Source of the DNA: Eledone cirrhosa
Taxonomy: Eukaryota
Reading direction: 5' to 3'
Length of the DNA: 64,000 bases
Assembly (NCBI GenBank): GCA_964016885.1
Contig: OZ024741.1
Location: 204,848,001-204,912,000 of the forward strand
In this document: positions 63,330 to 64,000 of the stretch, one piece after another
Position numbering within the stretch: the first letter of the stretch is position 1
How the letters are laid out: each line of letters begins with the position of its first letter
Translations under genes and position numbers: made by a program
Notes under the pieces: model-generated
Database searches by the model: none
Told to the model about the DNA's origin: nothing
Seen by the model: only the letters and a program-made list of their open reading frames with translations

Positions 63330-63945
63330 TTACATGTAAGACTCAGGTTATCAGCGTACACAACTTCCCATGGACAGTCAATCTTAAATTCTTTTGTTAT
63401 GGCCTAGAGAACTATAGCAAATAGGGGTGGGCTGAAGACAGTGCTTCATGAATATTTACTTGTACATTGAATTCCTCACTAAACTCATTACCTACTCTCA
63501 ATTTACTGACAACATTAATACATTGCTTGCAATACTTTCACAAACCACTAATCTCCACCAGAGTTTCCTTTATAGATAAAAAAAACTGTGATACTCTGTC
63601 AAAGGCCTTCTTCAGATCATCGAAAGCTAAATATAGCAGCTTACTTAGCTAGGAACCTCTCTTCTAGTTGTTTCACTAAAAAGATGGCATTTGTCATTTA
63701 ATATATCTCATTTAATTGGACTCCTTCTCCAATTAGTTGTGCTAGCAATTCTTGTCTTTTTCATAACTCGATCCATCCATTTCATGCTTCATAGTCCTAT
63801 ATAGAGTATCAACATTTCTTTTGTAGCATTCAATGATTATATAGCTACGTCAGTCATAAAATATGACACAATATTGTGCTATCTGATTGACTATGAAGGT
63901 GACTACCTTGAGCCTTACTTCACCAGGGAATTTTAGCATGTCAGT
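63330..63945 (-). mobile_element. Decayed RTE RT fragment
   Basis: Reverse complement shows ..DDLKKAFD.., RVGNEFSEEFNVQV and CPWEVVYADNL remnants. Confidence 0.7.
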
Positions 63946-64000
63946 AACACACACACACTCAGAGCATCTATTTTTTCCATGTTGGCATGGGTTCGATGGG

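Noticed and set aside
58600-64000. Searched for a Ski7-like alternative HBS1L exon (PSPDD-type motif)
   Set aside because: Only a weak LSPDV match near 59835-59850 in a short closed frame; not supportable.

Overview
AT-rich, repeat-dense animal genomic DNA; the repeat families look cephalopod (Octopus-like), which is inference. Two spliced housekeeping genes lie tail-to-tail, and both 5' ends appear to be outside the window. KTI12 (+ strand) has 7 coding exons from 12462 to its stop at 36391, and its last intron has U12-type (minor spliceosome) signals. HBS1L (- strand) has 12 coding exons from 58578 to its stop at 39644. Most long ORFs belong to non-LTR retrotransposons: RTE-clade copies with a PHD-type finger inside the RT, CR1-like copies, and fragments of CRE, R4/Dong and Rex3/Expander elements. 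The rest of the repeat content is SINEs, TTAA-flanked piggyBac-like MITEs, Helitron-like elements and microsatellites. The most unusual signal is a set of four unrelated long inverted repeats (9.0, 27.0, 41.4 and 52.3 kb) whose arms each carry a minimal hammerhead ribozyme motif of the Penelope type, one with a covarying non-canonical core and one locus with tandem motifs 232 nt apart. Also notable is a 5.4-kb composite insertion that splits a CR1 copy and contains an A-to-G hypermutated SINE, possibly an ADAR-edited RNA fixed by retrotransposition. All coordinates were read by eye and no searches were run.
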